A DNA stretch of 64,000 nucleotides, taken from Thecamonas trahens ATCC 50062 (Eukaryota > Protista > Apusomonadida). Shown here piece after piece: positions 10,899 to 23,119 of this stretch (the stretch's first letter is position 1; each line of letters opens with the position of its first letter). The translations under genes and the position numbers were made by a program. Under the pieces are notes generated by a model that was not told where the DNA came from, ran no database searches, and saw nothing but the letters and a program-made list of their open reading frames with translations. The DNA is taken from positions 558,001-622,000 of the forward strand of contig NW_013657675.1 in assembly GCF_000142905.1 (NCBI RefSeq). The letters run 5' to 3'.

Positions 10899-13590
10899 CT
10901 ACAGGTACATCGACTGGACATCGTCCTTGTGGTAGGCCTGGCCACAGCCGGGGCACTTGCGGTTGCGGGCGGCGAGGTTTGCGTCGATGCAGACGCGGCA
11001 GAAGGCGTGCGAGCAGCGGGTGATGATGCAGTCCTTGGTCCTCGTCTCGCAGACGGAGCAGTTGACAAGGCCGCGGAGCATGTCGACCTCTTCGGCGAGG
11101 ACGGCGACATCGCCTGTACCCGAGATGGAGGAGCGCGAGGCGTTGGCCTTCTTGAACTTGCGCGCGAGCTGCTTGGTCTTTGTCTCTGCAGTCTTGAGCT
11201 CGGCGACCTTGTCCTCGAGCTGGACCTCGAGCTTGGCGGCCTTTGTCTGTGCCGCGGTGAGCGCCTTGGTGGCCTGTGCCGCCTCTGCGCCGGCGGCCTG
11301 CTGGGCCTGGGTGGCGGTGCGGGCGATGCGCTTGGCTGTTGTGAGCTCGTTCTCGAGGCGGGTGCTCGCGGCACGAACCTGCTCCAGGGCGGTGCGGCCG
11401 GCGGCGTCGGCAGCCTCCAGCTTGGCGATGACCTCGCTTTGGGCGGCGGCCTTGTCCTGCAGGCGGCCGATTTTCTTAGTGAGCAGAGCGCGCTCCTGCT
11501 TGGCGGTAGCCGAGACGACGTTTGCGTCGGCGCGGGCAGCCTCGGCAGCAGCCAGGCGCGAGCTGAGATCGGAGACCTGCTTGCTAAGGCGTGTCGAGTC
11601 GGCCTCGGCTGCGGCCAGCGCCTTGGCCAGAGCCTCGAGCTGCGGGCCGAGCGCGCCGGCAGAGGCCGCGGCGGGGGCAAAGGCCGCGACGTGCTGGACG
11701 AGCTCGTCGAGCGAGAGGGCGCGGAGCTCGGCTTCGGACTTGGCGGCTACCTGGGAGGCGGTGTCGGCAGAGGCGCTGGCAGAAGCTGCCGCCGCAGACA
11801 TTTCGCTAATCCGGGCGTCGAGAGATTGGCAGAGGCGGTCGTACATCTCGCGCTTGGTGTCGGTGCCGGCGCGGGCGGCCTCGGCCTTTTTGAGGCGGAG
11901 CGCGAGGTCGTCCCGCTCCTGGCGGTAGCGGCTGGCGAGCGAGTCGGCGCGCTTAGCCGAGCCGAGTGCCTCTTCGAGCGTCTGCTGCAGGGCGGCGCGA
12001 GCGGCGGCGTCGGCGCCGGCGGCAAGTTGGGCCAGCTCCTCGTTGCTCGCCTGCGCGGCGGCAAGCTCCTTCTTGAGCTGGTCGATCTCGGCAAGGAGCT
12101 CCGGCTCGCGGTGCTGCATGTGGAGGAACATGGGAGACGACTTGAGAACGTCCGGTGTGAGGATGCCGGCGACCTGCGCCTCGAGCTTGCCGACGGTAGT
12201 CAGCGCCTCGATGCGCTTCTCCTTAAGCGCAATAACGTCGGCCTCGCGGGCCTCGGCGAGTGCCTTGAACTGCTTGACCTGCTCCTCCAGCTCGGCGACC
12301 TGCGCTGACGAAGCCGGCGACGAGCCGACGCCGCCGACGGTAACCGTTGACGACGACGCCCGGGTCTTGAACTTGCGGATCTCGTCGCGGGCAGTGTCGA
12401 GCTCGTCGCGCGTCTCGGCGAGCGAGGCTTGCAGCTCGGCCTCGGCATCGCGGAGCTTGCCGGTCTTGTTCGTCTCGATCCGGAGATCCTCCAGCGCAGC
12501 GTCACGCTCGTTGCGCATCTCCAGCAGCTTGGCCTCGAGCGCAGCGATGGCGTCGTTGTGTGCGTCGGCCGAAGCCTCGTGCCGGCGCGCCGCGGCCTCG
12601 GCGGCCGCCACACGCGCCTCGCCGCCGACGCTTCCGGTCGCGCCGGTGCTCACCAGCAGCGACAGCGCCTCGGCCGATCGGGTGATGCGGTCGCCGACGG
12701 CCGCGGTCAGCGCGGCGGCGGCAGCCGACTCGGGGTCTTCGCTCTCCGAGCCTGCGAGCGCAAGCGGAACCGGCGCCACACGCTGCAGCGCGTCCGTCCC
12801 GCCGGCGTCCTTGCGGGCAGCAATGGCAGCATCGAGATCGTCGGCCGCAGAGCTTGGCGCCGCGCCCGAAGCAACAAGGGCTCGCGTCACCTCGCGATCA
12901 AGCTGATCCCATGCCCTCGACAGCGCCGAGAGGCCGCCCACAGCAGTGGCCTTGGCCGACTGCAGCGACTCGTTGGCCGCCTCCAGCCGATTGATTTCAT
13001 TCCGCAGCTCGCGCACTTTTTTGGTCAGCTGCTTCTTCTTGAACGCCGCCAGGTCCTTCTGCCCGTCTCCCTCGCATGATCACGCGCCATAGTGAGTAGA
13101 TGACTCATTCATCACCATCGCAGCAGGACTGCCATCCTCCCACGCGTGTCGTCGTATGCGACTCTGCCGGGCAAAGGGCTCGCCGGTGACAAAGGCGCAG
13201 CAAAAGAGCGCCAAAAAAAGTTGAGCTGCATGAGAGCAAGGCACGGCCACAGACTGACGGCAACAGGTGGGCCAAGAGTGGGAGAGGTGTGGGGAGGGAG
13301 GCAGAGGAGAGGATGCAAGAGGTGGGTGGGCTGGAGGGGGCTGGAGGAGGAGGACGAGGGGGGTGGCCGTGTGGTGGGGGTCGACGGGCGCCTGGCTGTG
13401 GATGCACTGGTCGGGGGCGGGAGGGGGGGGGGGGGGGCGTGGACTGGGGAGGTGGGTGGACGAGAGGGAGAGAGCTACGTACGTTTTTGCCAAACATGAC
13501 AGTGGACTTGGCTGCTGTCTTGGCCTTGGCCTTCTTGGGCGGCGGTGCCATGCCGCTGCTGCCCTCACCGTCCTTCCGCTGTCGCTTCAT
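10899..13590 (-). CDS. BRE1: E3 ubiquitin ligase BRE1 (H2B ubiquitination); exon 1 13590-13483, exon 2 from ~13070
   Basis: Long coiled coil plus extreme C-terminal RING CSVC..KDCIITRCSHAFCRVCI..RNRKCPGCGQAY; GTACGT donor after exon 1. Confidence 0.88.
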
Positions 13591-13825
13591 GGCCGGAGAC
13601 GGGTGGCTGGCGGCCGGCGGCCGGCGGCTGGTGGCCAGCGGCCGTCGTTCGGCGGTTGGCGGTTGGTGGCTGGAGCTGGGCGTCTGGGGGCTGGCCGGCA
13701 GAGTCACACAAGGGAGAGAACGTCACACTTCCGAGATAAAACCACAATGGCGAAAGAGAACAGCTTCTCAGCAAGACTTAGCCACACCTTTCTACTTTGG
13801 TACGATCAAGCCAGGTCAGGTCAAT

Positions 13826-16054
13826 ATGCCGCCCAACACGTCGTCGGATCTGGCTGTGGCCGCGCTGCACTCAGCGTCTGTTCGCGGTCAAGTCGAGCAA
13901 GTGAGAGCGATCCTTACCGATGGCGTCGACATCAACAAGGCCAACAGAGACGGATTCACCCCCCTTCACCTTGCTGCCAACTTTAAGCGGCCAGACGTCA
14001 CACAACTTCTTCTCAACGCTGGAGCGGCGCCCGACGTGCGCAACAAAAAGGGTGAGACGCCGCTGATGGTGGCGGCGTACAAGTGCGATGAGGGGTCGGC
14101 AGCGATGCTTGTGGCTGCCGGCGCAAACGTCAACAAGCCAAAGAAAGACAAGGTTACCCCTCTGGCGGTGGCAGTGCGGCAGAACTCGCACCCTATTGTC
14201 GAGCTCTTGGTGAACGCCGGCGCCGATCCGACCAAGACCGATATCAGCGGCGCGAACGTGCTCCATGTAGCCGCGCTCAAGAACAGCATCGACGTCGTTC
14301 CGCTCCTCCTGGCGACTGGCAAACTCGATATCAATGGAAGGACCAAAAGCGGTGCAACCGCGCTCTACATCGCAGCTGCACGAGGCAACATCGAGATCGG
14401 CGAACTACTTCTTGACGCTGGGGCGGATCCAAACATGGCGAACGAGGATGGCGTGACGCCGCTCTACGTGGCCGCGCGCGAAGGCCATGCCGAGATCACA
14501 GACATGCTGATCTCTCGAGGTGCTATCGTGGATCGGGCCAAGGCTGATGGCAAGACGGCGCTGTACGTCGCGACTCGTGGACACCACACTGTGACGGCGA
14601 AGGCGCTCATTGATGCCGGCGCGTGCATCAACGCCGCTGACGCGGTAGGCGACACGCCGCTGCATGCGGCGGCGCGTGCTGGAAACAGCATCATGGTGGC
14701 GCTGCTTGTTGCCGCTGGTGCCGAGTGCAACGCGGCAAGGAAGGATGGGACAACGCCGCTGTATGTGGCATCGCGCGAGGGCCACGGCAGTGTGGTCACG
14801 GCCCTGCTTGCTGCCGGCGCCAATCCCAACCAAGCCAAGCTCGATGGCAGGACTCCGGTCTTCATCGCATCACGCATGGGTCGACTCACGATTCTTAAGA
14901 CGCTGGCCCGGGCAGGCGCGGACCTCTACAGCGAGTGCAACGCCGGCATCACGCCGCTCGACAAGGCTGCGCAGTTCGGGCACACGGACGTGGTCGAGTG
15001 GTACAATGCTGGTGACGATCGCGACACATCCGCCGGTGGGACCGCGTCTATGGTGGCCGAAGCGGCGCATGTTGCGGAGCTGATGGCCGCAGCGGAGTCT
15101 CGCGAGGCAAATGTTATAGCGCGCGAGGAAGAAGTCAGCGCGCGCGAAGCCAAGGTCAGCGCGCGCGAGGCCGAGGTCGAGGCCAAGACGCACGAGATCC
15201 ATGCGCTCAAGCTCGAGGTGTACCGACTCCACTCGGAGAAGACCGAGCAGACGTCCGCACTCGAAGAGTTGCGCAACGAGCTCGCCGACCGTCGTGACGA
15301 GGTCATTCGGCGCGAGATCAAGCTTGCAGACGGCATGGCCGTTCTCAAGGTCCGAGAGAACGAGCTCCGTCACCTGACAGCCGAGCTGGACAAGCGCAAC
15401 AATTTGTTGTGCGCAAAGTCAGACGAGATCTTCGCTCAGAGCGCAGAGCTTGAGCGCCAAAAGGCCGAGATGGGCACGCGCATCACCGCGCTCGAGATTG
15501 TCGACGCGAACGAGGCGCTCGCAGATGTCACGGCGAGGGTCGAGGCCAAGAAGACAGAGCTGGCCGAGGCGACCAGAATGCTGGCCGCTGTTGAGCGTGC
15601 AGCTGCCGAGTGCGAAGCCACGATCGCGCAGCGCAAGGCCAAGCTCAATGTCTACGTCCGTGACACGATGGCCGAGTGCGAGGCTGTGCAGTCGGCGACA
15701 ACGCAGGCAAACTCCGAGCTTGCGCGGCTGCAGGCCGAGGTGGCGAGGGCGCGGGCGCGGGCGACGGCGCTCCGCTCGAGTATCGGAAGTAGCAACGTTG
15801 CCGAAGAGGGCGATGTCGACTGCGACGAGCTCCACGAGTCGGAGGTCTTCTCCGACGGCACCGCAAGCACAGCATCGTTCTCCGAGTCGTGGGTTCAGGT
15901 CAGCGACGACGACGACGAGGGGACAGCGACCAATTTCGACGATGGCGAGGTTGATCTCGGCAACGACCAAGTCATTGAGATTGGCAACGAGGCTAATGAG
16001 GAAGCGGGCGAGTCTGCACGTCAATCCGGGTGGATGGCGGCTTTCCTCTCGTAG
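13826..16054 (+). CDS. Ankyrin-repeat protein (~11 repeats) with coiled coil and acidic tail
   Basis: Repeated G-TPL/ALH/Y-AA motifs at ~13860-15000, a heptad region, then a D/E-rich tail. First plausible ATG is 13826. Confidence 0.88.
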   Translation: MPPNTSSDLAVAALHSASVRGQVEQVRAILTDGVDINKANRDGFTPLHLAANFKRPDVTQLLLNAGAAPDVRNKKGETPLMVAAYKCDEGSAAMLVAAGANVNKPKKDKVTPLAVAVRQNSHPIVELLVNAGADPTKTDISGANVLHVAALKNSIDVVPLLLATGKLDINGRTKSGATALYIAAARGNIEIGELLLDAGADPNMANEDGVTPLYVAAREGHAEITDMLISRGAIVDRAKADGKTALYVATRGHHTVTAKALIDAGACINAADAVGDTPLHAAARAGNSIMVALLVAAGAECNAARKDGTTPLYVASREGHGSVVTALLAAGANPNQAKLDGRTPVFIASRMGRLTILKTLARAGADLYSECNAGITPLDKAAQFGHTDVVEWYNAGDDRDTSAGGTASMVAEAAHVAELMAAAESREANVIAREEEVSAREAKVSAREAEVEAKTHEIHALKLEVYRLHSEKTEQTSALEELRNELADRRDEVIRREIKLADGMAVLKVRENELRHLTAELDKRNNLLCAKSDEIFAQSAELERQKAEMGTRITALEIVDANEALADVTARVEAKKTELAEATRMLAAVERAAAECEATIAQRKAKLNVYVRDTMAECEAVQSATTQANSELARLQAEVARARARATALRSSIGSSNVAEEGDVDCDELHESEVFSDGTASTASFSESWVQVSDDDDEGTATNFDDGEVDLGNDQVIEIGNEANEEAGESARQSGWMAAFLS

Positions 16055-16412
16055 GCCATCCGACCGCGGGCCACACCCGGCCAGGGCTAGTGAGCGCCTA
16101 GCTCGCTGGCTCCATTTCCTAAAACACACCACTTCATTTCAGACTCGGGCTGCCGAGGTAAGCGAGTACAGCCCGAGTGGAAGCGTAGATGCGATGGTGA
16201 CGGTGGTGGTGATGATGTTCGTGATGACAATGTTCGTGATGGCAATGTTCGTGATGGCGATGGCGAATGGTGAGTTGTGCGAAGGGGCGCTGCTGACGAC
16301 ATATGGATGCGGAATGAATGGCAATGGACGATTCATTGAGAGTGGTAGCTCGAGTTGGAACGAGGCACAACCAAGGCAGAGACCAAGGCAACGACCAAGA
16401 GCGCTATCAAGA

Positions 16413-17186
16413 ATGGCGGCAAGGAGCTTGGGAAGTGTGATTAGGGCAAGTTCGCTCCATGTGAGCACGCCGACCCACTGGCTCACCTCGCGGTTCCACT
16501 TTGCGTTTGCGGATTGGTGGGACGGGCCGCAGCAGTACGGCGTGCTTCGGGTCGTCAATGATGACATTGTCGAGGCGCGATCGGGCTTTCCTCCGCATCC
16601 GCATCGCGATATGGAGATCTTCTCGTATGTGGTCGACGGTGAACTCTCGCACAAGGACTCGATGGGTTCCGAGGAGACGCTGGGGCGCGGAGCGGTGCAG
16701 TACATGTCGGCAGGGCGTGGCGTGAGGCATTCGGAGATGAACAACGGCGAGGTCCCGACCCGGTTCCTGCAGATCTGGGTCCGCCCAGCAGAACGCAGCG
16801 TCGAGCCGCAGTACGGCTCGGTGGCGTTTGCCGAGGCCGACCGGGCTGGCAAGCTGCTGCACGCCATCAACGGCGCGGTGAACACAACACCCGGCGGGCA
16901 CGACAAGACGATCACGCTTGGGCAGGACGTCAACGTCTACATCTCGCAGCTAGGTGCCGCCGGCGACGAGAGTGTGGCGTTCAAGCTGGACAGCGAGCGG
17001 CAGCTATACCTGGTGTGCATTGAGGGCGCGCTCCGCATCGACGGCGGCGCCGACGGGTCTGTCGAGCTGGGCGAGCGCGACGCGTTCAAGCTCCGCGGCG
17101 AGCACCAGCTCCAGTTTACGTCGACAGGAGATGCGGCCGCAGATGCTCACTTTCTCTTCCTGGAGATGGCGGCGTCCGATGACTGA
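16413..17186 (+). CDS. Pirin-family (YhhW-like) bicupin
   Basis: SRFHFAFAD, LRVVNDD, GFPPHPHRDMEIFSYV, HKDSMG, QYMSAGRGVRHSE, FLQIWV. Confidence 0.92.
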   Translation: MAARSLGSVIRASSLHVSTPTHWLTSRFHFAFADWWDGPQQYGVLRVVNDDIVEARSGFPPHPHRDMEIFSYVVDGELSHKDSMGSEETLGRGAVQYMSAGRGVRHSEMNNGEVPTRFLQIWVRPAERSVEPQYGSVAFAEADRAGKLLHAINGAVNTTPGGHDKTITLGQDVNVYISQLGAAGDESVAFKLDSERQLYLVCIEGALRIDGGADGSVELGERDAFKLRGEHQLQFTSTGDAAADAHFLFLEMAASDD

Positions 17187-17272
17187 TAAGGTTGGCCAAC
17201 CAGTGCCGCCGTAGCCATGGCTTATGATTGGTCGTGACACCACCGCTCTTCAACCAACGATAAAACGATACG

Positions 17273-20216
17273 ATGAATGAACACATCGCAAAGCTGAAAG
17301 AGGGCGTGGTGGGCATGAACCCTGTAGTTGTGGCATGGAAGCCATTTGTTGCCCTCCTTGTTTCCGTCCTCACCTTTATCTTCATCTGTGTCGGTACGTC
17401 CCCCCCTCCCTTTCCCCCCCCCTCCTCCTCCTCCTTGCCTAGACCTTCATAACTGTGCCCCTTCCCCCCCCCCCCCCTCCCCCCCCCAACTTTTCGCATG
17501 TGTGACTACCAGGTGCCATCCTCCCCCCCCCGGCCTCCCCGCCACATAGCTCTACTTGGTGCAGAGAGCAGAGGGGGGGGGAGGGGGGGGATTGTATTGT
17601 ACTGGGAGAAAGTACTTGGAGAGGAGCAAGATTACTTATGGTCATGAGAGATGGTGATGGTGGTGGTGGATGGTGATGGACTTGTGGGTGCTTGTAGCTA
17701 TGGGTACGCTGGAGTGGGTCAAGTTTGACAATGGTCACCTCGGTCTGCAAAGGGGCTGCGCTGATGGTGTCGGGTGCAAGCCCATCTCGTACTTTGAGAA
17801 GAACTTTGACTCAAAGTACAAGAAGTTCCGGCACGGTGGCAACGCGACACTTGCTTTTCTCGTGTTTGGCTTCTTCGCGCTGATGGCGGCGCTGGTGGCC
17901 AACGTGGTGGCGATCTGGAATATCTTCACCAACTACATGACCCTGGAGCAGGCGCGGCTGTGGGCGATGGCGGCCTACTTTGCAGTGGCGGGCAACGTTG
18001 GTTTTGCTTGGTTCCTCTACGTGTGCATTGTGGGCAAGGCAGAGGTGAGCGGGACTAAGGGCAAGTACTCGACTGGATTCGGCATGGCGTTCATGACCAT
18101 GATCTGGGGCATTGTCTCGGGCGTGCTGATGCTGTTCGAGTGGAAGAACATGTTCCACCTTGGCGGGCGGCGGTACTCGCTTAAGCATTTCCAGTTTGTG
18201 CCCGATGGCGACGCGCAGGGTCTTGCGAGCCACTCGGCGGCGCACAACGTGGCGTACGGGGCGACGGCGTCGACGACTGCTAACGCGACCCCGTACACAC
18301 CCGCGGCATCGTCGGCCTACACGCCGCCGGCGGTGACACCCGCGCCGGCTGTGGCGACTGTTGATGGCGAAAATGATCCGTTTGCGCCCGAGCCGCAGCC
18401 AGTGGTGGACGCTGCACCGGCGGCCGCCCCGACGGCGTCGTCGTCGCAGGATGTGGAGAACGCGTTTGGTGGAAGCGCGGTGAATGCCGGGGCTGTGGCC
18501 GGTGCCCCGGCGCCGTCTGTACGCTCGGAGCATGTTGCTGAGCAGCAAGCTGCGGAGACCCAGCAGCAGGTTGCCGCGCAGCAAGCTGCCGAGCAGACTG
18601 TTTCTGGCAAGAACGAGGCCGCTGCTGCTGCTGTTCAGGAGCAGGCTGAGGCGCAGGCTGAGGCTGCTGCCAAGGCTGAGGCCGAGGCGAAGGCGAAGGC
18701 CGAGGCTGAGGCTAAGGCTAAGGCCGAGGCTGAGGCTGCTGCCAAGGCTGAGGCCGAGGCTGAGGCTGCTGCCAAGGCTGAGGCCGAGGCGAAGGCGAAG
18801 GCTGAGGCTGAGGCAGAGGCAAAGGCAGAGGCCGAGGCTAAGGCCGAGGCCGAGGCAAAGGCAGAGGCTGAGGCTGCTGCCAAGGCAGAGGCAGAGGCTG
18901 AGGCTGCTGCTAAGGCTGAGGCTGAGGCTGCTGCCAAGGCAGAGGCTGAGGCTGCTGCCAAGGCTGAGGCTGAGGCTGCTGCCAAGGCTGAGGCTGAGGC
19001 TGCTGCCAAGGCTGAGGCTGAGGCTGCTGCCAAGGCTGAGGCCGAGGCTGCTGCCAAGGCTGAGGCCGAGGCTGCTGCCAAGGCTGAGGCCGAGGCTGCT
19101 GCCAAGGCTGAGGCCGAGGCTGAGGCTGCTGCCAAGGCCAAGGCCGAAGCAGAGTCGGCAGCGGCAGAACCGGTGGCGGCAGAACCGGTGGCGGCAGAGT
19201 CGGTGGCGGCAGAGTCGGCGGCGGCAGAACCGGTGACGGCAGAGTCGGCGGAGGAGGTCAACCTCCGCACGGTCGAAGCCCAGAAGGTGGCCGAAGCCGT
19301 TCGCAAGGTCGCCAAGTTCAAGGAGGGCTCGTTTACTCTCTCGCGCAACAAGTTTGCGGCGTTCAAGTTCCTCAAGGACTCAACCGAGCTTCACGCCTGG
19401 ATGGAGAACTTCCTCGGTCGGAGCTTCGATCACAACCTTGCTCGGGTGCTGGCCTCGGGTGAGGTTCTTTGTGACATCCTAGGCAAGATTGCTCCAGAGA
19501 CCATCGATACCTCGGCCGTCCACGCCAACCCGATGTCGGCGTTCCTGGCGCTGGAGAACGTCACGCTCTTCCTCAAGGGTGCGGCATCGCTCAAGCTCAA
19601 CCTTCACTGCGACATCTTTGCTGCGCCGGACCTTGTCCGTGCCTCCGACATGCCTGCCGTCGTCGCCTACCTCCACGCCTTTGCCACGCACTTTGGCACA
19701 CGCGACGACATCCCGGCCGTGGTCCCGGTTATTCCGTCGCCCGACGCGTTCAAGCCCGAGGCCGTTGCCGCCACCGTGACCCACCTCAAGCGCCGTGAGG
19801 CCGACGCTGTCAAGCACGCCACGCTGCGCATGACGCCTGGTCGCAAGTCAAAGGCCAAAGACGAGGCTGCCGATCCCGCCACGGCCTCCGCCGATCCCGC
19901 CGCCAACGAGGCCTCGGCCCGGGCTATCTTCCAGGGCCTCGACGGCGGCATCGCCGCCGAAGACGCTGCCAGCGCAGACGCCACAGATGCCGAGTTCGAC
20001 GACCGGTTCACCTTTGCCTTCCGCATGGACAACCAGATGATCACGGTGATGGAGAAGACCGTCGCCGACGAGTACCACGAGATCGTCGAGCAGGCGCTGA
20101 CGTCGGGCGTGACGGCCGACGACGCCACGGATGACCTCCACGAGACCGCCCATCTTGAGCACGAGGTCGATGCCGCTGTCGCGGCCCAGCTCGCCGAGAG
20201 TGACGCGGCGCAGTAG
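17273..20216 (+). CDS. Claudin/PMP22-clan tetraspan + Ala/Glu/Lys helical repeat + calponin-homology domain; exons 17273-17393, 17698-20216
   Basis: A phase-1 GTACGT..TAG intron joins TM1 to the W..GL..C..C loop; three further TM helices follow. AEAAAK repeats at ~18650-19150. CH motif LASGEVLCDILGKIAP..ENVTLFL..DL. Confidence 0.8.
18645..19240 (+). repeat. Coding tandem repeat (AEAEAAAK)n then (AAEPV/AAESV)n
   Basis: 18-30 bp degenerate GCTGAG/GCCAAG units, then 15-bp units. Confidence 0.95.
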
Positions 20217-20221
20217 CTCAT

Positions 20222-22277
20222 TTACTCGGCGTCTTCAAACGTCGGCTCGTGGGGCGCAAAGCGCGCGATAAACTGCTCAGCCAGCTGCGTCTCGTCCTGC
20301 TCGCCAACCACGCACTCCTTCCACGACGTCCGCTCCGGCATGCCAAGGTGAGCGGCGACGACGCCGCGGCAAAAGGTGAGTCCAACCCGGACGCCATCGC
20401 GGAGAACGCAGATTTCGCGGACACCGTCAGCGTACTCGACAAAGATGTACGGCCACTCGTGGACGCCGTCAATGTCCGGCAGCGCCGTCCCGTCTGGCAC
20501 GGGTGTAAAGGCGATGCCCTCAGCGGCAGCGGCGGCGGCAAACGCTGCACGAAGCTTTGCGGCGCTTCCAGTCGCCACAGGCACAACCTGGGTGTGGGTG
20601 TGCGAGGTGCCCTTGGTGATAAGATGCCGCTCCCACATGACCAGCTCCTCCGGCGCAGCGGCCGCCGCCAGTGCCTTCTTGTACACGCCCATCTCGGAGA
20701 GGACGGTGGCTGGGAGCCCGGCGCCGCTCGGGTAGTGCTCGATGGGCAGGACGAGGACATGGCCCGGCGAGAGGCCGCCTTTAGGCAGCGCGAGGTAGCA
20801 CTCGGTCCCGACCGACGCCACTAGATGCTGCTCGACTTGGGGCGACGAGAGGCAGAACCAGCACGGGCGCGACGGCGCCCGCGGCGCCCGCGACCGCACA
20901 CGCCGCTTCTGCACTGGTGCAGCAGGCGCTGGCGCCCGCGGCGGCGGCGGAATGTGCATGATCCGCAGCGACGGGACGGCTGTTGGGATGGCGTTCGGAT
21001 TCCCGCCACTGCCACCGCCATTCGGCTTGGTCCGCTTGCCCTCAGACCCGCCGCCAAAGAAGAACGAGGCCGGGGCAGAGGCCTCCTGCGAGGCCGCGAC
21101 GGCGGCAAGATTGATCGGCCGAGCACCAGGCCCGAACACTGCGTCCAGCTGTGGGTAGCGCGCGTGTGGCCACGGCCGCGCCGCGCCGCCTTCGGCAGCA
21201 GCCTCGGCCATCGTCAGCGCCTTGACCGGCGTCACGTTGAGCGCGTACAGCGCCTGGGCCTTGCCCTTGTTGCCGAGCGCGGCGACGCCGACAAATCGAG
21301 TCGCATGCGGGGCGTAGACGTTGGCGACAGGCGGCGCTTCAAAAAAGGCGCCCGGCACGCCGCCCGAGACAACATAGCGCGGCCGGAGTGCAGCGAGGAC
21401 GCCCGAGAGCGCCGGCGTGACGCGAGTGGCCGATCCAGGGCCGGGCGGTGGGGCCTGCGCGTCGACAGCGTAGTTGATAGGCCACTCGGGCGCAATCAGC
21501 ATGTCGACGCCCGGAAATCCGCCGCTGGCCTGCAGCCGCGCCGCAGTCATCAGCAGGGCGTCGAGTTGCGGAACCTGATAGTAGCTCGGGTAGGCATCGG
21601 GCTTGCGGAGCGGAGCGCCATCGAGCCCGTGGAAGGCTTGCGGCGACCGGTGGAGGCCCGAGAGGTAAGCGATGCGAAGACCCGAGGCGAGCGAAACGAC
21701 GCCATGCGAGCCCAGAAAGAACAGATTCGGCGCGAGCTCGCCGCCTGCCGCCCACATCTCCTGCGGCACGTAGTCTGCTCCTGAGTCGTCGGCCGCCACA
21801 ATGTAAACCGGGATGGGAAAGATGATCGATCCATCGAGGACCGGGCAGGGGGCTGGAGCGGATGTGGTGGGGGCGGGAGTGGTGGCGGGAGCAGGATCGG
21901 TGGCGGGAGCAGTGGCGGGAGCAGCGGCAGGATCGGTGGCGGGAGCAGGATCGGTGACGGGAGCAGGATCGGTGACGGGAGCAGGATCGGTGACGGGAGC
22001 AGTGGCGGGAGTAGTGACGGCGGGAAAGAAGCGACCACAGACCAGAGCAGCTTCAAAGGGACCATACTTGGCATTGATCTTGGTCAGCTTCTTGTGCAGT
22101 GTCTTGTACTTGCCATCGACATCGCCCACAACCAGGCTGAGGGCAGGACGATCAGAGAGGGGAAGTGGGGGAGGGTGGCGTGAGTATGGCGAAGGAGAGG
22201 GGAGGGAGGGGGAAGTGCGAGGGAGAAGGAGGGAGGGGGGCGTACACTTTGACTTTGATGTCGGTGGAGGACGACAT
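20222..22277 (-). CDS. CWF19L1: CWF19-like protein 1 (Drn1, debranching-enzyme partner); exons 22277-22246, 22136-20222
   Basis: Spliced N-terminus MSSSTDIKVKVLVVGDVDG..INAKYGPFE; C-terminal CwfJ domain CWFCLSSPQVEQHLV..YLALPKGGL..HVLVLPIEH. Confidence 0.92.
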
Positions 22278-23119
22278 AAGTGGACGGTGGGGGGTCGGGG
22301 GGGGGGGGGGGGGGGGAGGGGGTGGGGGTGGAGGGGGTGGAGTGAGTCGTGATGGGCAGAGTGATGCCGGCGGAGGCAAAGGCAGTGCCAATGCCAAAGC
22401 TGGGTGGTGGTGGGTGCGGCCAGTCGCCCATCGCCAGTCGCCAGTCGCCGAATCCCCCTGCGTGTGCCGCACACGACCCCTTCTCTTTGTGTGCAAACAC
22501 ACTACGTGTGGAACATGTGGCCTTGAAGGCTGGATGGTCCGGTCCGACCTGGCTTGATGTCGATGCGGCATGATTGCGTTGGCGGAGGCCAGTGTGAATT
22601 GCAAAAATCATTTCTTTTTCCCGGTCACAGGAGAAGGGGGGAGGGGTGAAGGTAGGCAGCGAGCGTGCAACAGTCTAGGCGGCCAGCCTACTTCCAATCG
22701 GCAAGTCCACCAACGGCGGTGGTGTTGCAAGAGAAACGGAATTTCGGTGCCGGGGGAGGGGGAAGGAAGGAAGGTTGATTGCAAAACAGCCCGAGCACGT
22801 ACATGTCCATGCAGGTGACGTGGCTGGACGAAACAGCAGGTAATTTGCCCCACGCGTGTTCTCGACCGGCACATAGCCTTCCGCCCACACGCTCGCCAAC
22901 TGGAGCATACGCGCGCAGATAACCCCACAGCTGGTTGTATCTACATAAAGCACACTGCTAAGAGTGAGTACAGGCGCTTGCGTGGGCTACAACAGATGCT
23001 CGAGGCCAGGTACGACAGCGGCTGCATAACTTGCAAAGGTTCTGCAACAGGCGGCCATTCCCCCGCACTTGTCGTGTCTGCAACCGAGCTATACTTCTCT
23101 CCACATTGCAACAAGAAGA

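Noticed and set aside
10848-12906. Long antisense ORFs over BRE1 (also over DegT, UCKL1, CFAP61 and AP-1 mu)
   Set aside because: Expected shadow ORFs from high GC3 codon usage; no recognisable domains.
13289-13825. N-terminal extensions of the ankyrin ORF, and likewise CFAP61 (56817-57227), pirin (15450-16412), AP-1 mu (57893-58607) and LMBR1 (62005-62157)
   Set aside because: They run through low-complexity G/C promoter or intron sequence, or through neighbouring genes.
18645-19150. Bacterial TolA gene or contamination
   Set aside because: Compositional similarity only. The repeat is embedded in a spliced eukaryotic gene with a CH domain.
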